From the IMG/VR virus record IMGVR_UViG_3300035050_000072, positions 1-34,937 of that record: a stretch of 34,937 bases of DNA; one strand, 5' to 3'. Shown here in pieces: positions 8,409-17,080 of the stretch. Position 1 is the first letter of the stretch, and each line of letters opens with the position of its first letter. The stretch comes from a virus (taxonomy: Duplodnaviria; Caudoviricetes). The notes below the pieces were generated by a model. The model was not told where the DNA came from. It saw nothing but the letters and a program-made list of their open reading frames with translations, and searched no databases. Made by a program: the position numbers and the translations under genes.

Positions 8409-11383
8409 TAGATCCGCCTCCCATACCGCCGGTCGAAGTATCCGGCAACCCCGGTGCCCCGGTCCATGCGGCCCGTAATGGTCTGTTCGACCTGCTCAAT
8501 GATCACGTCCAGGCTCTGGCCGTCGTTGGATTGTCGCACCGTGGCGCTGGTTCCGGCGGCCTCGTAGACGTTGACGTTCATCGGGCTTGCCGCTGCTGCG
8601 CCGCCGGCAGAATTTCCCGCGCCGGATAGACTGGATTGGACGTTGTTCAAGGTCCGATCCAGCTTGGCCGATGTTTCGGCGGTGGTGACGCGCTCGCCCT
8701 GCTCCAGCAGCCAGGTGCCCGACTTCGGCACGGAGTCGATGCCCTCATGGGCCATGCCGACGGCGGCCGTTGAAAGCGCCGCTACAGTGGCGGCCATGGG
8801 TTCCGTGGCGGCCAAGGCAGCAGCCATGGCCGCAGGGGCCAATGCAGGACCAACGATAGGAATGGCCGCAGTGGAGGAGTAAGCATTGATCCCGGCCATC
8901 ATGACCCCTGCTTGAGCGTTGGTCGCCATAGCCGCAGCCCCTCCTGCCGCAGCCGTTTTGCCAACAACAGCCCTGACGGCCTGGTAAACCAACCACTGCG
9001 CGATCATCTCGCCAATAGCGCCGACCATGGATCGCGCCATTCCCTCGGCCATGGAGGCAAAAGCGTCGCCCAAATTTTCACTATCGAAAATGGCGGACTC
9101 GAAAAACGAGCCGAATCGGCTGGCCAGGTTATCCAAGGTGTTGCCGGCCAGTTCGTCAAAATTGAGCAGCCGGTCTTCCATGCTGTCGAGGTAGTTGGAC
9201 CAGTAATCGTCTTCCTCGCCCGCGTCGGAAAGTTTGCTTTTTGCGGCCTCAACGGCCCGGTTGTAAGTTTCCGCGCTGATTGCACCGGCGTCGTAAAGCT
9301 CTTTTAAGCGTTCCAGTTCGTCCGCCAACCGTTCAGCCTCGGTGCGCATACTGGCGGTTACGTCCGCACCCTCGGCCCGGAGATTCTCGGTCTCCTGCTC
9401 CGCTTCGGCTTGCGCCTTCAGTGCGTCGATAGTTTTATAGATCGTCCGCGCCTGTTCCAGCTGTCCAGGGGTTGCGCCCTCCAGTTCCAGACGATGCAGC
9501 CCCGCTGCTTTGGCCGACAAGCCGAACATTTCGGCTTGTTGTTGCAGTGCCTTGATCTGCTCGGCGATTTCGTCGGTCGTCTCCGGCGGGGCCATCCGCT
9601 CGTTAAGAGCTTCGACCTTTTGCGCATAGAGCGCATAGGCGGTCTGTTTGTCGCCGGTCGTTTCAACAAACGCGTCCCGCTCGGCCTTGTACCGCGCCAA
9701 CATGGCGTCATAGGTGGCCTGATTGATCGTGTCGAGCTGGGAGTAGGCGGACAGGTAGGCCTTGGCGATTTCGTCGGCAGAGCCCGTCTCCGGCGCACCG
9801 TCGCCCGTTGGAGGCGATACGACAGGCAACGGTGCGGTGGGCGGCTTGACCGCTGCCAGCTCAGCCTGCTTTTCCTTCAAGTCGTCAATCAGGTCGATAT
9901 GATCGTCGATTTGATCCTGAATCCGCTCCAGGTAGGCCATGCCGCCAAGTTGTTTCCGCGTATAGCCTCCGGCGTCCAGAAATTCGGCTTTCAGCCGATT
10001 GAGTTCGACCAGCTTGGCTTCGGCCGCTTCAAGCTCCGTCGCCATCGGCCCCGGCGTAAACGCTTGCTGAATGCCGCCGCCCGAAACAATAAGATCGTCA
10101 ATGTGCTGCCGCGCAAGACCGGCCAGCTCTATAACAGCCAGGAGGGCAAGCCGTCCCTCTGCCCCGCCGAAAATCGCGCCGACAATGCCGATCTCCTGAA
10201 CCACGGTCGGAAGGCTGTTCCAGCCGCGAAGGGTATTGGCAAACAACGTTGCTGCGTGCTCCCCGATTGTCGCCAGGTTGCCCGCCAGTTCGTTGGCGCT
10301 CTCGGCAAACTCGACAATATCCTGTTTGTGTTCACGGACGTACTCGGTCAGATCTTGCACGCCCCCGCGCAGATCGCCCTTGATACTTTCGTAGGCCTCA
10401 ATGCCTACCGCCTCGATGGCGGATTTCAAAGTTTTGAAATCGCCCGTCAAGGTGTCGAGCTTGGTCTTGGCCAGCTTGTCGGTTTCGCCGGCCACATCGT
10501 GCAGCTGTCTTTCCAGCTGATCGTAGGCGTCAAGCTGGCTCATCAGCACCAACACCGATTTACTGGCGATCAGGCCGTATTTTTCGGTAATTTCGTTAAC
10601 GCCCCAACCGGCCGCGCGGGCGGCCCGCAGGGTGCCGATCAGATCGGTTTCGGCGGTATCTAGTTCTTCGGCGGCCTTCTTGTTCTTGACCATGGCCTGG
10701 CGCAGATCGGTGCCGGCGTCGCTGGCTTTGATGCCCGCATTGGCCAGGGTGCCGATCATGGCGGCCAATGGCTCGATCTCGTAGCCGAGCTGGGAGGCGA
10801 TGGGCGCGGCGTATTTGAGCGATTCGCCCATCATTTCGATATTGGTATTGCTGCGGGTAATGGTGCCAACAAGCACGTCGTTGAAGCGTTCCAGGTCCTG
10901 CACGCCCATGCCCATGGCGGTGAGCGAATCGGTCACAATATCGGACGCCCGGCCTAGGTCCATACCGGCGGCAGTCGCCAGATTCAGCACAGCAGGCAAT
11001 GCCGCGATTGCCTGCTGTGCACTGTACCCAGCCATGCCCATATAATTAAGGGCCTCGGCGCTCTGCGTCGCGCTCCACTCGGTCGTTTCTCCGGCCAGCT
11101 TTGCGGCTGCGGACAGGGCCTGAAAATCGCCCTCGCTCGCCCGCATAACCCCACGCACGGTCGCCATTTCAGACTCAAACCGCGCGCCGGTCCTGGTTAT
11201 TGCCACAGTCAGTCCGGCCACGCCCGCAACCCCGGCCAGCGACGCAAACGCGCCGACCACAGGCTTAATACTGGCAACGGCCCGCTTGCCGAACCGCTGC
11301 GTGCGCGTTTCGGCGGTTTTCAGATCCTTCTTGTATTGGCCTGTTTTTGCCCGGACCAGAACGTCGGCGGTTCCAAGTCTCAT
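8408..11383 (-). CDS. Tail tape measure protein (TP901-type core)
   Basis: 991 aa, Ala-rich; FESEMATVRGV, WSATQSAEALNYMGMAG, LANAGIKASDAGT; C-terminal GMAHEGIDSVPKSGTWLLEQGERV. Confidence 0.95.
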   Translation of the reverse strand: MRLGTADVLVRAKTGQYKKDLKTAETRTQRFGKRAVASIKPVVGAFASLAGVAGVAGLTVAITRTGARFESEMATVRGVMRASEGDFQALSAAAKLAGETTEWSATQSAEALNYMGMAGYSAQQAIAALPAVLNLATAAGMDLGRASDIVTDSLTAMGMGVQDLERFNDVLVGTITRSNTNIEMMGESLKYAAPIASQLGYEIEPLAAMIGTLANAGIKASDAGTDLRQAMVKNKKAAEELDTAETDLIGTLRAARAAGWGVNEITEKYGLIASKSVLVLMSQLDAYDQLERQLHDVAGETDKLAKTKLDTLTGDFKTLKSAIEAVGIEAYESIKGDLRGGVQDLTEYVREHKQDIVEFAESANELAGNLATIGEHAATLFANTLRGWNSLPTVVQEIGIVGAIFGGAEGRLALLAVIELAGLARQHIDDLIVSGGGIQQAFTPGPMATELEAAEAKLVELNRLKAEFLDAGGYTRKQLGGMAYLERIQDQIDDHIDLIDDLKEKQAELAAVKPPTAPLPVVSPPTGDGAPETGSADEIAKAYLSAYSQLDTINQATYDAMLARYKAERDAFVETTGDKQTAYALYAQKVEALNERMAPPETTDEIAEQIKALQQQAEMFGLSAKAAGLHRLELEGATPGQLEQARTIYKTIDALKAQAEAEQETENLRAEGADVTASMRTEAERLADELERLKELYDAGAISAETYNRAVEAAKSKLSDAGEEDDYWSNYLDSMEDRLLNFDELAGNTLDNLASRFGSFFESAIFDSENLGDAFASMAEGMARSMVGAIGEMIAQWLVYQAVRAVVGKTAAAGGAAAMATNAQAGVMMAGINAYSSTAAIPIVGPALAPAAMAAALAATEPMAATVAALSTAAVGMAHEGIDSVPKSGTWLLEQGERVTTAETSAKLDRTLNNVQSSLSGAGNSAGGAAAASPMNVNVYEAAGTSATVRQSNDGQSLDVIIEQVEQTITGRMDRGTGVAGYFDRRYGRRI

Positions 11384-11703
11384 TTTTTCGCCATCCTCTT
11401 TTCTCGGTCCTTGGCTTTTACGCGCTCGACTTCGGCGGCCAACAGCTGCACGTCGCGCACGATGTCCTCGATTTCGTCGGGCTGGTCAATGCCCGCCATG
11501 CTCACGGCTTCCAGCAACGGAACCGGCAGCACAGCGGCGCATTGACAATAAACGCCGATCGCTGTTTCAACATCGGCGGTCATGGGTGGGCGGCAGGTCG
11601 CGCACGGCGGTTCCCCGCCAAACTCTGCCCAGGTGTAGCGACAGGTGGCGCAGTCCAGGCGGTCCACTCCGGACAGCCAGGACGCCCACCGAATTAGTTT
11701 TTT
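11380..11703 (-). CDS. Tail assembly chaperone GT extension (-1 frameshift product)
   Basis: -1 frame KKLIRWASWLSGVDRLDCATC...PPCATCRP continues from the slippery site to an ATGA overlap with the TMP start. Confidence 0.8.
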   Translation of the reverse strand, partial: KKLIRWASWLSGVDRLDCATCRYTWAEFGGEPPCATCRPPMTADVETAIGVYCQCAAVLPVPLLEAVSMAGIDQPDEIEDIVRDVQLLAAEVERVKAKDREKRMAKK

Positions 11704-12107
11704 TCCGTTTCCTCCGCATCCGCCTTGATCGCTTCGGCCAGCTTGCGGCGGCAATCCTGCACAAACAGCACGACAGCGGAAAAGTCGGTCTCGCCCAGCT
11801 CGCGACACAGGCGCAGCTTGTTTTCTTCGGTGCATTCCAGCGGCTCGCCGTCCTGGTCGCAGATCCCCCGCCAGCCGATAACGGCAGCGACAATCACGCG
11901 CTCACGCTCTCCGGCGGCGTCGGTTTCCAGTATGGGAACCGGCTCCAATTCGCCGTCCGCTCCCTTGCGGAACTCAAAGCGCCGTTTGTTGGTCGCGTCG
12001 GTAATTTTGGAAATCTCCCCGGACCGCAAATGCTTGATCTCAAACGCTGCGCCGTCCTCGTCGTTCGGCAATTCAAACCAGCCGGAAGTCATTTTTTGCA
12101 GTTTCAT
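11694..12107 (-). CDS. Tail assembly chaperone G
   Basis: ATG 12107 after CAGGAG; VIGWRGICDQDGEPLECTEENK motif; lies between tail tube and TMP. Confidence 0.87.
   Translation of the reverse strand: MKLQKMTSGWFELPNDEDGAAFEIKHLRSGEISKITDATNKRRFEFRKGADGELEPVPILETDAAGERERVIVAAVIGWRGICDQDGEPLECTEENKLRLCRELGETDFSAVVLFVQDCRRKLAEAIKADAEETEKN
11697..11703 (-). promoter_or_regulatory. Programmed -1 frameshift heptamer A AAA AAC
   Basis: Minus strand GAA AAA AAC TAA: X XXY YYZ heptamer just before the stop of the G gene. Confidence 0.85.
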
Positions 12108-12120
12108 CGCATGCTCCTGG

Positions 12121-12149
12121 AAAACAAAAAGGGGCCGCAAAACGACCCC
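12121..12149 (-). terminator. Intrinsic terminator after major tail gene
   Basis: GGGGTCG-TTTTG-CGGCCCC followed by TTTTTGTTTT. Confidence 0.75.
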
Positions 12150-12184
12150 ATGGGGTTAGCTTTCAATGTCGCTTCTTGTGCTTT

Positions 12185-12892
12185 TTACAACGCCCCACCG
12201 TGGATCACGGTAGCGGCAACGCCCACTTCGGCCGTCAGCAGGCCGTCGGTCGAAGTGTCGGTCGACAGGGTCAGAGTCCCAGCCTCGACGTTTGTTACCA
12301 GCGCGGCCACCGTATCGTTACTGCTGCTCCCCTCGATGAGGACCGTTTGCCCGACCTCAAACCCAGCGGCAATAAAACCACTCTCGCTGTCGGTGATCGT
12401 GTCGCCGCTGCCGGTCCCGGCAACAAACGCAAGATTAGTTCCGCCCTCGTTATGAGCGGTGAACAGCGCCAGCAGACCTTGCACCAGCAAAGTGGCGCTG
12501 AATGCCGTCAGTCCGGACTTGGTGATCTCGGGACCGGGGATGCTTTTGACGAAAATCACGCTGTCCTCGTTGTTGGCGAGGTCCGGTGCCCAGAAATCGT
12601 CTTCATCTTCGTACAGGCGCAGGTTTGCCAGGCCCTCATTGTCGAATAGCTTGGTCCGCAGCGCGCGCTGGCCGGTGGTGTCTTTGCGCACATAATTGCC
12701 GGCCATGCTTCCTTCGGTCCATTTCGCTGACGTCGGGACCGTAAAATCAAAGTCCTGCTCGAACTCCTCGACGTCCACAGTGTTGCGCTCTATGCCCGGG
12801 ATGGTCAGGCTGTTGAGGCCTTTGATACGAGTTGTGCCAATGGTGGCCTTAGCTTTATTGCCGAGTTGATAGTCGGGTGTGTTGTCGCCCAT
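12185..12892 (-). CDS. Major tail tube protein with C-terminal accessory domain
   Basis: Position between tail completion and chaperone genes; IERNTVDV, DTTGQRALR pattern; followed by terminator. Confidence 0.8.
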   Translation of the reverse strand: MGDNTPDYQLGNKAKATIGTTRIKGLNSLTIPGIERNTVDVEEFEQDFDFTVPTSAKWTEGSMAGNYVRKDTTGQRALRTKLFDNEGLANLRLYEDEDDFWAPDLANNEDSVIFVKSIPGPEITKSGLTAFSATLLVQGLLALFTAHNEGGTNLAFVAGTGSGDTITDSESGFIAAGFEVGQTVLIEGSSSNDTVAALVTNVEAGTLTLSTDTSTDGLLTAEVGVAATVIHGGAL

Positions 12893-12895
12893 GTT

Positions 12896-13297
12896 TTATG
12901 CTCCTTGGATAAGTGCGTTAAATTCGATGGACGCGCACCACAGTTCGCCGTCGCGCCATGGCGGCGTTTCCATATCTCGCCGGATCCGGATCTCGTAACC
13001 GTTAACCGTGACGGTTGCCCCGTCGAACAGGTCCCGGCACTTGCGGACAACCTGCCCTGCCTCGCGGTAGTGCTGCTTGGCGTAGCAGTTAACCTGAAAG
13101 CTCAGGTCGTCCAGATTTTCGGTGAAGGTGTCCGCCGGCAGGCAGGACACGCCAAAAAAGACCGCGTAGGGTTTCGGCCCTCGCGGCAGTGTTTCGCCGT
13201 AGGAAAAGCGCCCCTCGACCGCGTTATAAAAATCGTTGTGGGCGTCGTCCTCGGTTGCTATGAATAGCGCATAAAGCGCGTTAAAAAACTCGATCAT
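12896..13297 (-). CDS. Tail completion/terminator protein (DUF3168-like)
   Basis: PKPYAVF...FQVNCYA pattern; synteny. Confidence 0.72.
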   Translation of the reverse strand: MIEFFNALYALFIATEDDAHNDFYNAVEGRFSYGETLPRGPKPYAVFFGVSCLPADTFTENLDDLSFQVNCYAKQHYREAGQVVRKCRDLFDGATVTVNGYEIRIRRDMETPPWRDGELWCASIEFNALIQGA

Positions 13298-13312
13298 CCG
13301 GGCACTTCCCCG

Positions 13313-13702
13313 CTATTTCTTCATCCGGTTTTTGAATTTTGCAAGGATTTCCGGCTTGTTCTTTTTCAGCGCTGGCCGCATGTATGGCTGCGCCTTAATC
13401 GGCTGCCTGCTTTCCCCTTTTTTGCTGCCGGACTTGTAGGTCGTGCCGGGGGTGCCCAGTTCGACAAAACGGGCAATGTGCCCCAGCTTATCGCCGCCCG
13501 CCTTGACATAGGCCCCAATCGCGTCGGGCCGCTCAAACTCCTTGACTTCGATGGTCTGTTTCAGTTCTCCGGTGCCCTCCGGGCACAACCCCCGCGCATC
13601 ATCGGCGACAACCTCGGCTCCTTCGCGGACCGCCTCGCGGCATTCCCCAACAACCTCGGCGGTCACCCCCGCCTCGTTCCATTCCAAGTCAAACCCGCTC
13701 AC
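13313..13702 (-). CDS. HK97 gp10-family protein
   Basis: CPEGTGELKQTI, ARFVELGT, AQPYMRPAL. Confidence 0.9.
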   Translation of the reverse strand: MSGFDLEWNEAGVTAEVVGECREAVREGAEVVADDARGLCPEGTGELKQTIEVKEFERPDAIGAYVKAGGDKLGHIARFVELGTPGTTYKSGSKKGESRQPIKAQPYMRPALKKNKPEILAKFKNRMKK

Positions 13703-14025
13703 AGGATCTCGGCGCAGACAAGATCCAAGTAAACGTCCGCCTCCTCCGGGTTGATAATGCTCACAATGTCAAAGGACCGATTGCCGAACAAAACGCGCAT
13801 GGTCGCGTCGATGCCGTCCCGGTAATACATGCGGACCGTATGCGTCACGGTCAGGCCCTCGCGCATGTTCTCGCGCGCCTCCTTTGCCGACGCGGGCCAG
13901 ATCGCGGCCCAGCCCTCCCAGTCTGTCGTCTCGGTTTTCTCGATTGTGCCGCCGTCGCCGATCGTCTCGGAATCGTCAACAATCGAAATCCATTTGTTGA
14001 ATTTTGCCGGGTCGGTTTTATTCAT
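13699..14025 (-). CDS. Head closure protein (SPP1 gp16-like)
   Basis: WAAIWPASAKE, HTVRMYYRDGIDATMRVLFGNRSFDIVSIIN. Confidence 0.9.
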   Translation of the reverse strand: MNKTDPAKFNKWISIVDDSETIGDGGTIEKTETTDWEGWAAIWPASAKEARENMREGLTVTHTVRMYYRDGIDATMRVLFGNRSFDIVSIINPEEADVYLDLVCAEIL

Positions 14026-14602
14026 CCCATGGCCTCCGCAGTCGGTAGCCTCTCAGCAACGCATAAAGCGCCGTTTCCACGTCCTCGGGCAATGTCGGCA
14101 GGCCGTTTGTGTAGTAATGGGATACCGCCAGCAGCAACGCCAGCCGAATCTCTGCCGGTATGTCGTCCGAACTGTCGCCGTATCCAGTGACAAAGGTTAT
14201 TGACAGAGGGTTGGTGTGGTAGCCTCCGTCGGAAAACTCGAAACCATCGGCAAAGCGGACCGCCGACAAGTCGTCCGATAACTGGACAAGCTCATATTCT
14301 GCCGCGTCGATCGCTTCCGCGTCGCCGTCCTCGTTGGTCCAGGTTACGGACTCGACGTTCTGCGCCGGACCGAACGGCAGCGGGACTATAAAACGCGAAC
14401 ACATAACCGGGGCAATGGATAGCTGCCAGATCTGTGAAATCAGCTTGCGTCCGGTTATGTGTTCGGCCTGCCCGATCGCCGCATTTATGTAACCGGTCAG
14501 CATACCGTCTTGTGCTGTAAAACTGGATTCCATGCGGATCTGCGCTTTTACAGACTCAAGCGATACGGCCGGGGCCGCCGGCGCGGTGATTAGTTTTTTC
14601 AT
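14018..14602 (-). CDS. Head-tail connector (gp6/phiE125 gp8-like)
   Basis: PAVSLESVKAQIR, AEHITGRKLISQ, ITFVTGYG, IPAEIRLALLLAVSHYY. Confidence 0.9.
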   Translation of the reverse strand: MKKLITAPAAPAVSLESVKAQIRMESSFTAQDGMLTGYINAAIGQAEHITGRKLISQIWQLSIAPVMCSRFIVPLPFGPAQNVESVTWTNEDGDAEAIDAAEYELVQLSDDLSAVRFADGFEFSDGGYHTNPLSITFVTGYGDSSDDIPAEIRLALLLAVSHYYTNGLPTLPEDVETALYALLRGYRLRRPWDE

Positions 14603-14617
14603 CGTTCAGCCCGCCCC

Positions 14618-14644
14618 AAAAAGCCGCCCCGTTTCCAGGGCGGC
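14618..14644 (-). terminator. Intrinsic terminator after decoration gene
   Basis: GCCGCCC-TGGAAACG-GGGCGGC-TTTTT. Confidence 0.75.
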
Positions 14645-14650
14645 ATGTGG

Positions 14651-15085
14651 TTAGTTGCAGACAAGAGCAGTTGCGGCCAGGCTGTCGTCGGCCGGGACAG
14701 GCTTAGTGCGCGGCTCGCCCAGAATGGCAAGGGTGTTGCCAAAGGCAATATTCGCGGTTCCAGAGGTCAACACCGCCTGCACGTAGCGTTTTTCAGGGCG
14801 GCGCACTTCGACCTCCAAAAACTGCCCGTTCAGGTCATCGGCTGCGGCGCTGGTTGCGGTTGCTACGGCTCCGTTGATTGCCGTCATGCCGGTGTCGCTG
14901 TTTTCGTCGCTTGCCTCAACGGTCAGGGTTGCGACGCCGGTTGCGACGCTATCGGTAATCGGCACAAGAAAAGTCACGGAATCAAACCCCGCCATGTCGA
15001 TAATGTCGCTATTCTGGTCAATCGCGGCCCCGGCGGCGACCGGATCGCCGACCACGCGCCGGCCGTAATTCTTGGTAAAATTCAT
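14651..15085 (-). CDS. Putative capsid decoration/cement protein
   Basis: 144 aa, beta-rich; IDMAGFDSV...VEASD...KRYVQ; directly after capsid gene, with GGAGG RBS. Confidence 0.6.
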   Translation of the reverse strand: MNFTKNYGRRVVGDPVAAGAAIDQNSDIIDMAGFDSVTFLVPITDSVATGVATLTVEASDENSDTGMTAINGAVATATSAAADDLNGQFLEVEVRRPEKRYVQAVLTSGTANIAFGNTLAILGEPRTKPVPADDSLAATALVCN

Positions 15086-15097
15086 TTTTCAACCTCC

Positions 15098-15127
15098 AAA
15101 AAGAAAAGCCCGGAGTGGTCCGGGCTT
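15098..15127 (-). terminator. Intrinsic terminator after major capsid gene
   Basis: AAGCCCGGA-CCAC-TCCGGGCTT-TTCTTTTT. Confidence 0.8.
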
Positions 15128-15166
15128 GTTGGTATCTGGCTAAGCGGACTAAGTTAACGGGACCGA

Positions 15167-16411
15167 TTAAGACGCCATCTTGATACGCGCGAACGCCTCC
15201 TCGAGGACCGGCTGCCCGTCGCCTTCATAACGGCCGATATAGCCAATCTGATTGGTTTCAGCGTAAAGCTCTTTCAAGACCTTGATAGCCATGTTCAGGC
15301 AATCCAAGATCCAGTAAAAACCAAAATCGCCATACATGCCGACATATTTCCCGGCGGCAAAGGTGTTCGGGCACCACTCGCTCAAGGTGTAGGGTTTGCC
15401 CAAAATCATATTGTGGGTGCCGTGGGCCAGGCCCGGCTGCCACAAATATTGGTTGTTGGCGTCTTTCAGTTTCCGCAGGCCGGTAATTGCGTCACGGTGG
15501 AACAGCCACTTGGCCCTGGCCTGGTACGCCTGTTTCAGCCCCCCCTGCGTATCGATCAAGGTGTCGGCCTTTAGTGCGGTGGTGGTATTGCTGCCGACAA
15601 TATCGCGGGCGGTGCTGATACCGTCTTTCGATGCGGTAAACAGGCCCAGGGGTTTGTTCTGGCCGTCGCCGGTCATGTAAGCCTGTTCCATAGTCCCGCC
15701 CAGCTTGTATTCCATGCGGCCGGATACCAGCCCCTGCACGTTGCGGTCGGACAAACGAATCAGGGTTTCAGAAACTTTGATTCGTTTTGCGATAGGGTGC
15801 GGGCGCATTTCGCGCTTACCAAATTTCAGGCCGTCGTCATCAGCCCCGGTCTTCAATTCGCTGGTCCATTCCCAGTCGTCCCCGTCATCATCCAGCTTGA
15901 CCACGCCCAGGGACGCAGCTTTTTTCAGGGTGTGTTTTGTTGCCATACCCCGAATGGCGACCTGGTCGTCAACGTTCTTCAGCAGGCCCTTGACAAATTT
16001 CTCCGGGGAAATCAGGAAACCGCCGCCGACATCCCCGCTGGCCGCCATGCCGTCGCGCTGCTCGGCCGACAACGCCCCCGGGCCGCCACGCAAAAACGCC
16101 TCGAAGGTGCGGGCCTCCTGTTCCCCGCCAGGGTTGCCTCCGCGCTGCTCGCCTCCGTCCAGAGGCGGCACAAGGTCGTCGTCATTGTCAACACTGGCGA
16201 AGCGCTCCTCGCGCTCGGCGTCCTTGATGGACCGCCTCAGGCTGTCGATTTCTCCTTCGATTTTGTCGATGTCGGCGTCCAGGGTGTCGAATTTTTCGCG
16301 CTGCTCGGACGTCCATTCCTTTTCGTTGTCCGGCAGGCTGTCGCGGTGTTCCCGGTATGCCTCCCAGGTTTTCCCCAGGTTTTCTTGTGCTCTTTTGAGC
16401 TTTGCCTTCAT
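15167..16411 (-). CDS. Major capsid protein, HK97 family
   Basis: N-terminal coiled-coil delta domain; GGFLISPE, GDGQNKPLG, LRKLKDANNQYLWQPG, YGDF, ETNQIGY. Confidence 0.96.
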   Translation of the reverse strand: MKAKLKRAQENLGKTWEAYREHRDSLPDNEKEWTSEQREKFDTLDADIDKIEGEIDSLRRSIKDAEREERFASVDNDDDLVPPLDGGEQRGGNPGGEQEARTFEAFLRGGPGALSAEQRDGMAASGDVGGGFLISPEKFVKGLLKNVDDQVAIRGMATKHTLKKAASLGVVKLDDDGDDWEWTSELKTGADDDGLKFGKREMRPHPIAKRIKVSETLIRLSDRNVQGLVSGRMEYKLGGTMEQAYMTGDGQNKPLGLFTASKDGISTARDIVGSNTTTALKADTLIDTQGGLKQAYQARAKWLFHRDAITGLRKLKDANNQYLWQPGLAHGTHNMILGKPYTLSEWCPNTFAAGKYVGMYGDFGFYWILDCLNMAIKVLKELYAETNQIGYIGRYEGDGQPVLEEAFARIKMAS

Positions 16412-16445
16412 ACTGCAGCCTCCACGGTTAACATTTTGTTAAAAG

Positions 16446-17078
16446 CTAGGCGCAAAGATACTTGCGCAATTTCATTTCCTTGTTCCTCAACTCAAAACGC
16501 TTCTGCCGGGCGGTCGCGCCCTCGTCCTCCGGACCGGTCGCGGTCCTTTGGAACTCTTCAAAAGATCGTTTCGCAATGTCGGTGTCCGGATAGGCCGGAT
16601 AAGTCACCGGGCTTATGTCGATCAATTCGCCGATTTCTAAAATGGTGCGGGTTGCAATCTTGTTTTCCTGGTCCTCTTCCCATCGATCGCGGATCACGGT
16701 AAAGCAAAAGCTCTGCTCCCGAACGTCGCCGCGCTCAACGCTCACGGCCAGGTCCCGCGCGTACTGCGTATCCGGCAAATAAATAACCGACCGCAGGCCG
16801 GTTTCGTCCTCGGTCAACTCCAGGGTTTTTGCTGATTCGCGCCCCAAGATAAAATTAGGGTCATGGTTAAAAACGGCCCGGCAGTCGCTGGTCTTCAACA
16901 CATTGGTGAAAGCTCCCGGCGCGATATACTCGCGGATCTCGAAATCGCCCCAGCCCAAGTTCTCGCTTGGCTTGTCAAAGACAGCGCTATAACCCTCCAG
17001 CTCGGCCGCGCCGTCGGCGGATCGCTTGACCCGGAACTCCTTGACCTTAAAATGTCGCGTTTCCCTTTTGTTTTTCAT
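16446..17078 (-). CDS. HK97-family prohead protease
   Basis: ATG 17078; LEGYSAVFD, EYIAPGAF, FNHD, QSFCF, ISPVTYPAYPDT. Confidence 0.94.
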   Translation of the reverse strand: MKNKRETRHFKVKEFRVKRSADGAAELEGYSAVFDKPSENLGWGDFEIREYIAPGAFTNVLKTSDCRAVFNHDPNFILGRESAKTLELTEDETGLRSVIYLPDTQYARDLAVSVERGDVREQSFCFTVIRDRWEEDQENKIATRTILEIGELIDISPVTYPAYPDTDIAKRSFEEFQRTATGPEDEGATARQKRFELRNKEMKLRKYLCA

Positions 17079-17080
17079 CG

